This document shows positions 51,201 to 63,664 of a stretch of 64,000 nucleotides of DNA, in pieces (within the stretch, counting starts at the first letter, position 1; each line of letters begins with the position of its first letter). The DNA comes from Mobula hypostoma (Eukaryota). A program made the translations under genes and the position numbers. The notes under the pieces are model-generated. The model worked only from the letters and a program-made list of their open reading frames with translations, was not told the origin of the DNA and did not search any database. The stretch covers positions 13,330,001 through 13,394,000 of the forward strand of contig NC_086097.1 in the NCBI RefSeq assembly GCF_963921235.1, given 5' to 3'.

Positions 51201-52974
51201 TAATCGGAAAGATAAATAAATCCATCTATGGATGGTATGCAAACGTTCAACCTTTCACTGTACATGTGACAATGATAATAATACCAAAATCAGCCAAGCA
51301 GGAAAAAAGTAGATAGAATATCATATGAAGAGAGGAGTAATAAAAAAATAATGTAATGAAACTTAAGGGAACATATGAAATAGAAACATGGTTTAAGACG
51401 TTCAGTCTTTCAACCCTCCCTGATATTCAAGAAGATCAGGGCTGATCTTTTATCTCAACATCACAGCCTGCACCAGCTCCTTTTCTCTCGATCCCATAAC
51501 ATCCAAAAAAAAAAATTATCCAACTATGCCTTAAAAAACGCACCAGTGTCCACAACCTTGCTGGAAAGAGAATTCCAAAACTTCATGGTAAAGTTTTGTT
51601 TTCTCTTTGATGAACAACACTTTATTTTGAAATTATGACTTGTAGATGGTTGAGGGCAAAGGAATCTAAGAGTACAAATAGATTAAATCACTATAAAGTC
51701 GGCAGAAGAATAAAGAAAAAACAAACAAACTAAGGAGTCGTTTCTACTGAGAAAGACTTAAACAGCTGATAAATTTAGCAACACTGATGAAGAGTCTTTA
51801 GCTTAAACTTAAAGGCTGATTATCTCTCCATAGGTTCTATTGAGTTGTTCCAGCAGTTCTGACAAATATCCTCACACAGGCTGCTGAATCTCCAAGACTG
51901 TCCACTCTGGAGATTTGGGGGAAGTTATTCCTTCCGAATATTTGAAAAAGAAGTAAACACCAATTTTTGGTGAACAATTTGGGAAACTGAGAGATATATG
52001 GAACTGGCACAGCTAAAACCTAACACATAGCGTTATGCAGTATAGAAATGAACCCCCCCAGCCCAACTCTTCCATGCTGACCACAGTTCCTGCCATACAA
52101 ATCCCATTTGCAAAGGAAGTGGTTAGATAGGGTTGAGGGTCTGAGGAACATACACTTTTTTGTGTTTTTTTTTTAGTTTTTTGTGTTTCTTCCCTTTTCT
52201 TACTTCAGATTTCCAACATCTATAATTTTATTTTCAACACATTGAATATTACTTATCGCTCCCTCCCTATTGTTCTGGTCAAAAAGATATGCACAACCGC
52301 TGAATGAGGTATGGAAAATATTTAATGTTTAATCCCAGAAATGTGAGAAAGTACAAAAGACGAACAGAGTGGGTCTCCTTTCCCTTCAGGCAGAGATTGA
52401 GGAAGTGACCTATCAGAAGTCGCTGAAATTGTGACAGATTTTGAATTGGTGGATCCACCAGTGGGTAGCTACAGAACCAATTAGCTGGTAAATAAGATTA
52501 ATATGCAGGTCCCCCTCAGGTTATACGGCCTGACTTCCGGTCAGTCCAGACCTAAGACTAAGTACTTGGGAGACTAACAAGATGGAGATTGGATTTGCCA
52601 GATATGGCGGGGCTGGAGGTATCTACCGCTGGATAGGAATGGGGCAATTTGATGCGCCTCCTGCCCCCATCATCTTCTTCATTTGGGTACCTTCGCTGAG
52701 CTTCATTGACTGTTTACTCTTTTCCATAGATGCTGCCTAGCCTGCTGAGTTCCTCCAGCTTTTGTGTGTATTACTATCATTTTATTCTGTTGAGTACCAG
52801 CAACCCAGGTTGGAATTCAAGGCAGCGATTCTTAATATCCTTATGACTACAACAGTGTTGGCTATACAGTTTAGTGCATGATTCATTCTTTATTCGTTGT
52901 AACTCCAGGACAATCCTTGTATGTTGACAACTGGACTGTGGTGATTTGCTAGTCAAAGGAAAGTAGAATCCATC

Positions 52975-53415
52975 ACCAGGGACTCGCACCACCCAGGTCA
53001 TACACTCTTCTCACTGCTGTTTTTAGGAAGAAGGTACAGAAGCCTCAGGATTCACACTGCCTGGTTCAGGAACAGTTATTACCCCTCAACCATTAGGCTC
53101 TTGAACCAATGGGGATAACGTTACTCAACTTCACTTGCCCCATCACTAAGCTGTTACTACAACCTATGGACTCACTTTCAAGGACTCTTCATCATATATT
53201 CTCAATATTTATTGCTTACTTATTATTATTTTTTATTTTTGCATTTGCACAGTTGGTTGCTTTTTGCACACTCATTGTCGGCCCAGTTGGTGCTGTCTTT
53301 CATTAATTCTATTATGGTTATTGAGTTTACTATATATGCTCGCAAGAAAGTGAACCTCAGGGTTGTATATGGTGATGTATATGTACTTTGATAATAAATC
53401 TACTTTGATTTTGAG
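52975..53415 (+). mobile_element. Rex1/Babar-like 3' fragment
   Basis: HHPGHTLFSLL..GRRYRSLRIHT..FRNSYYPSTIRLLN; 3' UTR matches the copy at 30310-31382. Confidence 0.8.
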
Positions 53416-54834
53416 CTTTGTATAATTCTGCTGACACAATTAGAGCAGAACTCGAGGCAGGGACCTTACCTCAAGACATTTTCAGAGTCAGGATCAGGTA
53501 TAATATCATTGCCCATGTTGTGAAATTTGTTGTTTTGCAGTAGTAGTGCATTGCAATTCATAATAAAAACTATACAGAGAAAAAATAGCGAGGTAGTGTA
53601 CATGAGTTCATTGTCCATTCAGAAATCTGATCCAGATTGCTGCAATTTTGAAAATAAATGTCATATATTGTTAATAGGAATCATGAATTCTATAGTTGCT
53701 TTGATGTAACGTTATCAATTTAAGATGAAGTTGCTGACATGCTTCTCAGTTACTGTTATTTACCATTAACTGGGCTCATTGATGCCCAGTTTGGATACCG
53801 TCTGAGTCACTTGGCTCCAGATTTCATCACAGATGGTCCAAAATTGGAACCAAAGACACGATTTCCAGATGTAAGGTGAGAGTGATGGGTTATAGCATAA
53901 AGGCAACGTTTGACTCGAGTCGCCAGGGCATCAAGGGATTCTGGCATAATTGAAATGAATAGGCATCCCGGTAAAATTGCTCCAGTGGCTGGACTCACAT
54001 CCTACATGTCAGAAGATGCTTGTGGCTGTTGAAGGTCAATCTTCACAGTGCCAGGACATTTCAACAAAACCCCTTCAAGCAACTGCACTGTAAATATTTG
54101 TTTTGTAAGGACTAGAGTAGCTTTGCAATCTCATTGTCTTGAGCAATGACAATATAGTTTTACTCAGTTCTATTCTATTCAGTGTCCCAGACCCAACCTA
54201 TTTAAGCTGCTTCCTAAGTCATAAAACGGCATTTTCAATCGTTCAGATATTCGAGTATATCAAGATTTCAGGATTCAAATTTACTTACCACATATAGTTA
54301 AATGCATCATTTGCACTAACAACCATCACACCCGAGGGTGTGCTGCAGGTAGTCCGTATGTGTCGCCACACATTCTGATGTCAACATTGCAACCCAAAAT
54401 GTTCAGCTGATCAACACAGAACACAACAGCAAAACAAGTCCCATTCCTCCCTCCCACCTATGTACAGACATAGTCCTCCAAGCCCAGGACAGGTCGTCTT
54501 CAGCCTGCCGCCTCCAGCAGACTCATAGACTTTGGGCCTCAGATTTCACCGGCAGACATGCAGAGATTCACAGATTCGGGGTCCGGCCGACAGGATTTGC
54601 ATCACCTGGGAAGTATCCCAAGTCTGCATGCAGCAGGACCTAGACAGTATGCAGAGAGGGTAGTAGGTGTGGGAAATAACTTTGTGTTTGAAAGTACCAA
54701 GAACTAGCCATCTCCAACATAAGAAACTCCACAGAGTCATAGAAAAGTACAGCTCAGAAACAGACCCATTGGCCCATCTAGCCTGTGCTAAACCATTTAA
54801 ACTGCCTACTCCCAACAGCTTGCACTAGGTAGTA

Positions 54835-55470
54835 AGTTGGATTAGACATTGGCTTTGTGGGACAAGCCAGAGAGTGGTAGTAGATGTTTGATTCTCTGAC
54901 TAGAGGCCTGTGACTAGTGGAGTGTCGCAGGGATGAGTGCTGGGTCTGTTGCTGTTTGTCATTAAATTAAAACGATAATGTGGTAAACTGGATCAGCAAA
55001 TCCGCAGATGGCACCAAGAATGGGGGGTGTAGTAGATAGCAAGAAAGAGTATCAGAGCTTGCGGTGGGATCTGGACCAGCTGGAAAAATTGGCTGAAAAA
55101 TGGCAGATGGAATTTAATGCAGACAAGAGTGAGGTGTTGCACTTCAGTGGGACCAACCAGGGCAGTAGGTCTTACAGGGTTAACAGAAGGGCACAGAGGA
55201 CAGCAGGAGACCTAAGGGATCTGGTAATACAAGTCTATACGTAATTCATTAAAAGTGGTGTCACAGACAGATACGGTCATAAAGAAAGCTTTTGGCACAT
55301 TGATCTTCATGAATCAAAGTATTGAGTACAAGTGATGGGATGTAATGTAATTGAATAAGATGTTGGTGAGGCCTAACTTGAAGTATTGTGTGCAGTTTTG
55401 GTCACCTACCTACAGGAAAGATAAGGTTGAAAGAGTACAGAGAAAATTTACAAGGATTTTGCCAGGACTG
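54835..55470 (+). mobile_element. Degenerate CR1 RT fragment
   Basis: TSGVSQG, AEKWQMEFNADK, LVRPNLKYCVQFWSP. Confidence 0.8.
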
Positions 55471-56280
55471 AACAACCTAAGCCTGAATGTGAAGAAGACC
55501 AAGGAAATCAGTGTGGAACTCAGGAAGGTGAGACCAACCATCTCCCTCTGCAAACACATGGCTCCTCCATAGAGAGAGTTAAGAGCACCAAGTTCACATC
55601 ATGGATGACCTCACCTGGTCCCTTAATATCACCTCCCCGAACAAGAAGGCATAACAGTGCCTTCACTTCCTAAGAAGACTGAGGCAAGCAAGGCTTCCCC
55701 CCCCCCCCCCATCTTAACTGTGTTGTACAGGAGCATCATTGAGAGCGTCCTGACAAGTTGCATCTCTATCTGGCATGGGAGCAGTCAAGCACCAGATCAG
55801 AAGTCCCAACAAAGGACTGTGAGAACAGCTGAGTGGATCATAGGGGTCTCCCCACCATCCATGGCATTTATTAGGAGCACTGCATACACAGCCCCTTGGT
55901 ATTATTAAGGATCCCACCCATCCACCCAGCATCCTATTTGACTTCCTATCATCAGGCAGGAGACTACGATGCATAAGAACAAGAATAGTTAGAACGAGAA
56001 ACAGTTTATTCCTCCAGGCCATTAGGCTTCTGAGCTCCTGGCCGCATCATATTTGAAGTGCCACTGTTTAATCTGTTCCATACCTTACAATATTTAATAT
56101 TAATGCACTTGAGATTGTTATTTATGTGTGATTTATCTATACCTTTTATCCTGACCTTTATAAGTTACCTGTGCTAGGTGTATTATGTGTACCTGTTACT
56201 GTGCCTTTCACCCTGGTTTGAAAAAATGTTGTCTCATTTCTATATACATTATATGGTTATATATATTTATACAAGTATAT
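55471..56280 (+). mobile_element. Rex1/Babar-like 3' fragment
   Basis: NNLSLNVKKTKEI, LYRSIIESVLTSCISIW, KDPTHP. Confidence 0.8.
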
Positions 56281-56289
56281 AGTATAGAT

Positions 56290-56908
56290 CTAGTTTTATT
56301 TCAATGGCTTCCTTCATCAGATGGTCCCAAAAGCCATTGGTGTGTCACAGTAGTTTTGTGCCATCAATGTCAAACCTATGACCATCGTGAATGCAGTGTT
56401 CTGCTACCGCCGCTTGTCTCCGTGTAACCCAAATGGATACATCTCCTGTGCTCCTTGATGCAGGTTTCCGCCGTGCACCCTGTGTGGGCTGCTCTGCATT
56501 CACTGGGAATCCTGTAAATGTCAGGCAACCTGAGCCCCAGGTCATCACTGACTCACAGAAACTGTGACCTGAACTTCCTTGCAGGTTTGTGGATGGTATT
56601 AATCTGGTATTTCTTCAGCATTCATCGAAAGGAAGCCATTGAAATAAAAGTAGAGGAAAAGAATTTTAACAAAGGCGAAAGGCTCGGTCTAAGCAAGAAC
56701 TGGAATTCAATTGTAAATAAGGTGCAAGAGCACAAATCTGATTGGATGAGGACTAACCAATGAGGAGAGACAGCCTACAGAGGTATAAATTCCACTAGAT
56801 TAGACGTCCCCATACATCATCCCTGATGAAGATGGCAAAGTCTGTCATCGAAACGTCGGTTATAATTGATACCCCTACTGGCTAGAAGCCCAAGAAGAGA
56901 TTACTCGT
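56290..56908 (+). mobile_element. Penelope-like element with an inverted 5' segment (56290-56624 minus, 56627-56908 plus)
   Basis: Minus segment encodes LKKYQINTIHKP..DDLGLR..DIYRIPSEC..IKEHRRCI..KEAIEIK; plus segment encodes KEAIEIKVEEKNFNKGE, then the 3' UTR. Confidence 0.8.
56816..56870 (+). ncRNA. Minimal type I hammerhead ribozyme motif
   Basis: cc-CTGATGA (56823-56829)-a-GATGGCA aagtc TGTCATC-GAAAC-GTC (56855-56857)-gg; complete core, 7-bp stem II, palindromic ACGT stem III, short stem I. Confidence 0.7.
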
Positions 56909-57288
56909 AAAGGATTTGCCTTCTCGTTGAGTGTTTCCTACATTTTGATATTGATGCTTCTCTGAAACTGAAAGCTAAATTTCCAAGGCATTTGTCAAAT
57001 CCTAGTGATGAAATATAAAATTAAAGTTTAAATTATTTTAATCCTACCTTAAGATACTATTTTGCTTGTTTAGAATCTTGTGGGGTTTAAATGACCTGAA
57101 GCAATAATTATAAATCCATGTTAAGATTAGTTGACCAATTCCATACCCTTGGAAAAAGGGGTAGTGTCTCTGCAAATTTGTATGGCAGAGAGAGCATTGT
57201 TATGTTGTCAGTCTTGCCATGGTCCCATTCTGCAGAATTCCACTTGTACACTTCATGCATTAAGTGACAGTCTGGACTGGCTGTGATC

Positions 57289-57583
57289 TATTTATTTATT
57301 TAGAGATACAGCGCTGAACAGCCCCTTCCGGCCCGATGAGCTGCATTGACCAGCTACCCTCCTATTTAGCCCTAGTCTAATCTCGTAATAATTTACAATA
57401 ACCAGTTAACCCACTAACCAGTACATCTCTGGACGATAGGAGGGGACCGCTGAACGCTGAGGAAACCCAGGCACTCACAGGAAGGACATACAAACCTCTT
57501 ACAGATGGTGTTGGAATTGAACTCTGAACTCTGGCACCTTGAGCACTAATGGCATCACTCTAACCACTACGCTACTGTGGCGT
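57289..57583 (-). mobile_element. V-SINE (HE1-like), uninterrupted copy
   Basis: (TAAA)n tail, V-domain-like middle, tRNA-like head. Confidence 0.75.
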
Positions 57584-58092
57584 TCAGATTTAGAACTACT
57601 TTTGCCTATTTTACATGGAATTAAGACTAGGAGGCTTCTCTGCTGGGTTGGTATTCAGATGTTTATTCCAGCTGGATGTTTTTTTGTTGTGTTTTCTTCC
57701 AAGCTACTCTGCCGCTGTGCTATGCCTTTACTTGTTCACATGTCCACAAGGTGGGCTAGGAAACCAATCACCACGGAGGGTTCATTAAATCTCTTTGGAA
57801 GACTACCATCAAATCCCTGTGGATTTCTTTGTAAAACCCACAAGTACACAGCTGCATATCTGGTCTCTAAACCATACACTGCCTGTGATCACAGAAGACT
57901 AAAGGCTTCTGTACTCCTGCCCACAATACTTTTCTCACAATTCTTCCCCAAACCTTTCCCCCTCCCTCTCTCATCCATCAGTTCCCTTCCATCTGTCAAC
58001 AACCTTCCCTCCCCATTAGCATCACCCTACCACTCTCACGAGCCATCACCCAAACAAACATCTCAGATATTGGTATGGGTATTAGTAGACTA

Positions 58093-59996
58093 GGGTGGTG
58101 TGGTGGGGAGGTTGGTGGAGATATGTCTCTACCAAAGAAGATGTAAGGTGCTCCTTCCATCCGCTAGCCTGCAGGTCACCCTCGGGCACAGCGTAAAACA
58201 TTAACCCCTCCCCCCACCCCCCCATCAGGGCCACGTGAAGCGATAGGAGCAGGTGATGGTCATATGAGCAGTTGGTGCATATAGGAACATAGAAAACCTA
58301 CAGCACAATATAGGCCCTATGGCCTACAAAGTTGTGCCGAACCTTAGAAATGACTAAGCTTACCCATAGCCCTCTATTTTTCTAAGCTCCATGCACCTAT
58401 CCAAAAGTCTCTTAAAAGACCCTATCGTATCCACCCCCACCACCGTTGCTGGCAGCCCATTCCACACACTCACCACTCTCTGAGTAAAAAACTTACCCCT
58501 GACATCTCCTGTGTACCTACTCCCCAGCACCTTAAACCTGTGTCATCTTGTGGCAACCATTTCAGCTCTGGGAAAAAGCCTCTGACTATTCACACGATCA
58601 ATGCCTCTCATCATCTTATACACCTCTATCAGGTCACCTCTCATCCTCCATGGCTGTAAGGAGAAAAGGCTGAGTTCATTCAACCTATTCTCATAAGGCA
58701 TGCTCCCCAATCAAGGCAACATCCTTGTAAATCTCCTCTGCACCCTTTCTATGGTTTCCACATGCTTCCTGTAGTGAGGCAACCAGAACTGAGCAAGTAC
58801 TCCAAGTGGTGTCTGACCAGAGTCCTATATAGCTGGAACATTACCTCTCGGTTCCTGAACTCAATCCCATGGTTGATGAAGGCCAATGCACCATATGCTT
58901 TCTTAACCACAGAGTCAACCTGCACAGCTGCTTTGAGTGTCCTATGGACTTGGACCCCAAGGTTCCTCTGATCCTCCACACTGCCAAGAGTCTTACCATT
59001 AATACTATATTCTGCCATCATATTTGACCTACCAAAATGAACCACTTCACACTTATCTGGGTTGAATTCCATCTGCCACTTCTCAGCCCAGTTTTGCATC
59101 CTATCAATGTCCCGCTGTAACCTCTGACAGCCCTCCACACTATTCAGAACACCTCCAACCTTTGTGTCATCAGCAAACTTACTAACCCATTCCTCCACTT
59201 CCTCATCCAGGTCATTTATAAAAATCACGAAGAGTAAGGGTCCCAGAACAGATCCCTGAGCACACCACTGGTCACCGACCTTCATGCAGAATATGACCCG
59301 CCTACAACCACTCTTTGCCTTCTGTGGGCAAGCTATTTCTGGATCCACAAAACAATGTCCCTTGGATCCCATGCCTCCTTACTTTCTCAATAGGCCTTGC
59401 ATGGGGTACCTTATCAAATGCCTTGCTGAAATCCATATACACTATATCTACTGCTCTTCCTTCATCAATGTGTTTAGTCACATCCTCAAAAAATTCAATC
59501 AGGCTCGTAAGGCATGACCTGCCCTTGACAAAGCCATGCTGCCTATTTCTAATCATATTATACCTCTCCAAATGTTCATAAATCTTGCCTCTCACGATCT
59601 TCTTCTCCATCAACTTACCAACCACTGAAGTAAGACTCACTGGTCTATAACTTCCTGGGCTCTCTCTACTCCCTTTCTTGAATAAAGGAAACCTCCAATC
59701 CACTGAAACCTCTCCCGTCCCCACTGATGACGCAAAGATTAGCGCCAGAGGCTCAGCAATCTCCTCCCTCACCTCCCACAGTAGCCTGGGATACACCTCA
59801 TCTGGTCCTGGCGACTTATCCACAAGTTCTGGTTATGCAAACACTGATGCTAGGCAAACAATCTGTGAAGAGTATTGATATTGCTGGGGTCACCCATCTT
59901 GTAAAGACACTGCCCAGAAGGCCACTTCTATTGAAAAATTTGCCAAGAACCATCATGATTGCCCACATCATACGATAAGGCACGTCATGAACGAAC
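58093..59996 (+). mobile_element. RTE/BovA-like short retroposon split by a CR1 (pieces 58093-58282 and 59821-59996)
   Basis: Joined pieces align with the intact copy at 62121-62505 across gtgcatat|cacaa. Confidence 0.7.
58283..59822 (-). mobile_element. CR1 LINE, 5'-truncated RT and 3' UTR
   Basis: DKSPGPDEVYPRLL, YMDFSKAFDKVPH, QGSVLGPLLF, FADDTK; same subfamily as the RT half at 7368-8413. Confidence 0.92.
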
Positions 59997-62120
59997 AAAT
60001 TAATTGATTATTGTTACATGTACCAAGATATAGTGAAAAGTTTGCCTTTCATACTGTTTATACATATTAAATCATTACACAGTGCATTGGGCTAAAATAA
60101 AGTACAAGTTCAAATTTATTGTCATCTGACTGTACATACATACAACCAAAAAAAAACAATGTTCCTCCGGACCACATTGCGCTCACAGACCATATACCAC
60201 ACGCAGCACATAAAGCAAAATATTACCACTAATCTGTTAATTCAAAGAGCATGTAGTCTGCAGCACAGGTAGATAGTAAACAGTAAACAGATCACTTTAC
60301 TAGTTATGAGATCTCAGTGCTGGCAAGGTATCCGTTAGTCTTCAAGCATGCGGAAAGAAGCTGTTATCCAGTCTGGCAGTCCTAGTCCTGATGATCCAGT
60401 ACCTCCTTCCTGATGGTAATGGGTCAAAGGGATTTTGGGATAAGTGGTATGGATTCTCAACAATGTTTTGAGCCCTTTGTATACAATGCTTCCAGGAAAT
60501 GTCACAAATCAGGGCAAGTGATTCTCTTTGTGTATCTTAGTAGGATTTAATTTGAACTTAAAGCAGTTTGTGATATTATTTATAATGTTCTCCATTGCAG
60601 ACTTTATCTTTTGTGATCCACGCCATCATAACACAAACCTTTTTCCGGCTTTGAAACCCTCACAAGGACTGGTAAAATGAGTGAAGTGCAGTTACATTGT
60701 GAGGGATCCCACCCACCCTGCCTATGAACTGTTTGTCCCCCACCCATCGGGGTGGAGGACATGCCAGAGCCACAAGACTCAAAACAGTTACTTTCCCCAA
60801 GCTGTAAGGTGGATCAACAATTCTACCCTCTAGCCCACCCCTCCGCCACTATTTCATCGTTTCTAGTCCTGATGCTCCTGTACCTCTTTCCTGATGATAG
60901 TGGATCAAAGAGATGATTGGATGGGTGGTGGGGATCCTCAACAATGCTTTGGGCCTTTCGTCTGCAATGTTCCTGGTAGACGTTCCAAATAGGGAGGAAG
61001 AAGTCCCCTGTGGTCCTCGTAGCTGATTTTATTATCCTCTGTAGGGTCTTGCAGTCTAATACCTTGCAGCTTCCACAATAGGTGGAAAAAATAACAGTGC
61101 ACAATAAAGTTACCAAGAAAGTGCAGTGCAGGTAAACAAAAAAGTGTCAGATTGTAACGAGGTGGATTGAGAGGCCAAGAGTCCATCTTATCGTACAAGA
61201 AGTCTGTTTGAGCATCTGATAACAGCTGGCTTTGAACCAGTGGTACGCCCTGTCAGCCTTTTAATTTTTTTTCACCTTCTACTGGTATCACACTTGCTGA
61301 AATGTCTCCAGCTCCAGAAGATCTAACCTCCTCCCCTCAGGCCAAGTCTAAGAGCACATGTCATCCATTCAAAGCAGGAAGGAACAGAGTAAACAAAGAG
61401 ACACTGTGGAGTTAATGCAGAGTCCAGTTGCAACACAGCAAGGTTTGTCGAGATATCACATTATTAATATGTTGTTTTGAGATGGAGGGGGACGGGCCTA
61501 TATCTGATCGACTGGCATCACCTTGTTGCTTGTAATTAATTGTGTGCCATAGCTTCGACAGCTTGATGACATATTTTACCTTGGGGCTAAAGCTGCACCT
61601 TAATCCTCTCTGCTCGACAAGCCTCTTTTCAGCTCAGTACAAAGCAACAGAGTTCACCAGCAGTGAGGAATTTGACTTTCCATCCTGCTCGTTCATTGAC
61701 CCCGAGTGGAATATATGGACGCGTGTGTCAAGACCTAATTAATCTACACTGACTCTGCTAGATAAAAGTGCTCAAACACAAGCATGAATTTCTGTGTATA
61801 TGTCACCCTAACTGTAGTAAACATCCAACAAATAAAATTCCATAATTAGCCACAAAAAAGATATTAGTGCAAGAAACCAAATGTTTATCAAAACAGTTGG
61901 TTTTATTAAAGTTATTAAAGGAGTGGGAAAAGTTTAGGAGTGGAATCCAAGAGCTGAGGAAGATGAAGCCATTAGAAAGAATAAGGAATAAAAATACAAA
62001 CCTCCAGCTATCTCAAAATGTTATGGTGCAGGAAAAGATAGGGAGACTGTGTATAAAATTGTCCAATATGGATACAACTATGTACTTGAATTAAGTAAAA
62101 TTTGAAAATACACCATATTC

Positions 62121-62505
62121 ATCATCAGCATCATTATGTTCCGTGTCATGTGATGTGGGTAACCATGGTCCCCATAATCATGATTGTTCTTGGCAAGTTT
62201 TTTTTTACAGACGTGGTTTGCCATTGCCTTTTGGTCAGTGTCTTTACAAGGCGGGTGACCCCAGCCTTTATCAATACTGTTTGGAGATTGTTTGCCTGGC
62301 ATCAGTAGTCACATAACCAAGTTTTGTGATATGCACCAACTGCTCATATAACCACCCACCATCCTTTTCTATGGCTTCACGTGACCCTGATTGGGGAGGG
62401 GGCTAAGCAGGTGCTACACCTCGTCCAAGAGTGACTTGCAGGCTCGTGGAGGGAAGGAGCACCTTACACTTCCTTTGGTGCAGATGTATCTCTACCCCAC
62501 CACAC
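62121..62505 (-). mobile_element. RTE/BovA-like short retroposon, intact
   Basis: aaggcaatggcaaaccac motif resembles BovB/Bov-A; (ATG)n tail. Confidence 0.6.
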
Positions 62506-62768
62506 AAACACCATGGATTATCTCTCTGAATTTCAACCTAGTGAAATTTACGATGAGCTTTGGGTCTTGATACTGCCAAATACTTCAACATGACTTAGAT
62601 TCCATAAGACATAGGAGCAGAATTAGGTAATTCAGACCACTGAGGCTACTCCACCGTTGCATCATGGCTGATCCTGGATCTCACTCAACTCCAGACACCT
62701 GCCTTCTCATCATATCCTTTGATGCCCTGACCGATCAGGAAAATATCAACTTCTGCCTTAAATATACA

Positions 62769-63467
62769 TCTAAAAGGGTTTTGTCTTTTATGTTACTGCA
62801 TAGGCTAATTAAAATGGCTTCTTTGTTATGTTATATTTAAGAATGCTTCTTTGTTATGTTAAACGGTGAGAAAGTCCTTTCTGCTAGCAGTTTGTTTTGT
62901 ATTATCTATTGATATGAGGACGAATGAACCAATTGGGATAGTTGTTATGGTTTTGGTGTATTTGAAAATACTGTATGTGCGGCGTTTTGAGGCAGAAGGC
63001 GGGAGAGAGAGACAGAGAGTGGACCAGGTGCTGTGAGTCCGCTAACGGGGTCGGCCCCTGAGGAGGGCGTTTGGCAAGGAGATGGAGACGGACTCATGTG
63101 GAGCGTCTGGTCAACCACCGTTGTTGGTCCCAGGCGGCTGGTCAATGTGGTCCGAGGGGTTGTAGGGTGAAGAAGAAGGGTCCCGTGCTCCAACTGTTTT
63201 GTGCACGAAGAGATTGAACTTTGATAAGTGTGGCGCCTTTTTATTTTCCTTTTATATTTTATTCTCTAGTAATTATATAGTTCCAGTAATATCTATAAAC
63301 TGTAAATCATTTAATCGTATCTGGTGTATTGTCTGTTATTTGGGCGGGGTGGGGTACATCACACAGCATCCACACAAACTAATTACCCAGTTTGCCGGGG
63401 CTGAGGGCTGTTTCCCTAGACGACAACGAGCCGAGCGACCCTGAGGGTGGCCAGCGGTGGGGCTACA
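62769..63467 (+). mobile_element. 5' LTR of an LTR retroelement/ERV, inserted in a CR1 3' end
   Basis: T(C)TAAAAGGG...GGGCTACA, followed 3 nt later by a PBS; CR1 sequence on both sides (62600-62768 and ~63500-63570). Confidence 0.75.
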
Positions 63468-63470
63468 TTG

Positions 63471-63488
63471 TGGGGGCTCGTCCGGGAT
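63471..63488 (+). other. tRNA-Pro primer-binding site
   Basis: TGGGGGCTCGTCCGGGAT is the 18-nt complement of the tRNA-Pro 3' end (the MLV-type PBS). Confidence 0.9.
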
Positions 63489-63664
63489 TGGGTCTACTGG
63501 TTCTCTAGTTCTCAATACCCCCACCATAGGAAACATCCTCTCCACATGCACCCTATCTAGTCCTTTCATATACTGTATGTTACAGTGATACAATAGTATC
63601 ATCTACTGTACGTTACATAAAAATTGATAAGTTCACACTTTAAGGGTGAATTCTACTGTGAAGG

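Noticed and set aside
55351..55572. ORF fusing a CR1 RT C-terminus to Rex1-like RT sequence
   Set aside because: A chance in-frame junction between two decayed elements, with stops and frameshifts nearby; not a gene.
57539..58093. 184-aa ORF
   Set aside because: It starts inside a SINE, is low-complexity, and has no recognisable domain or splice pattern.
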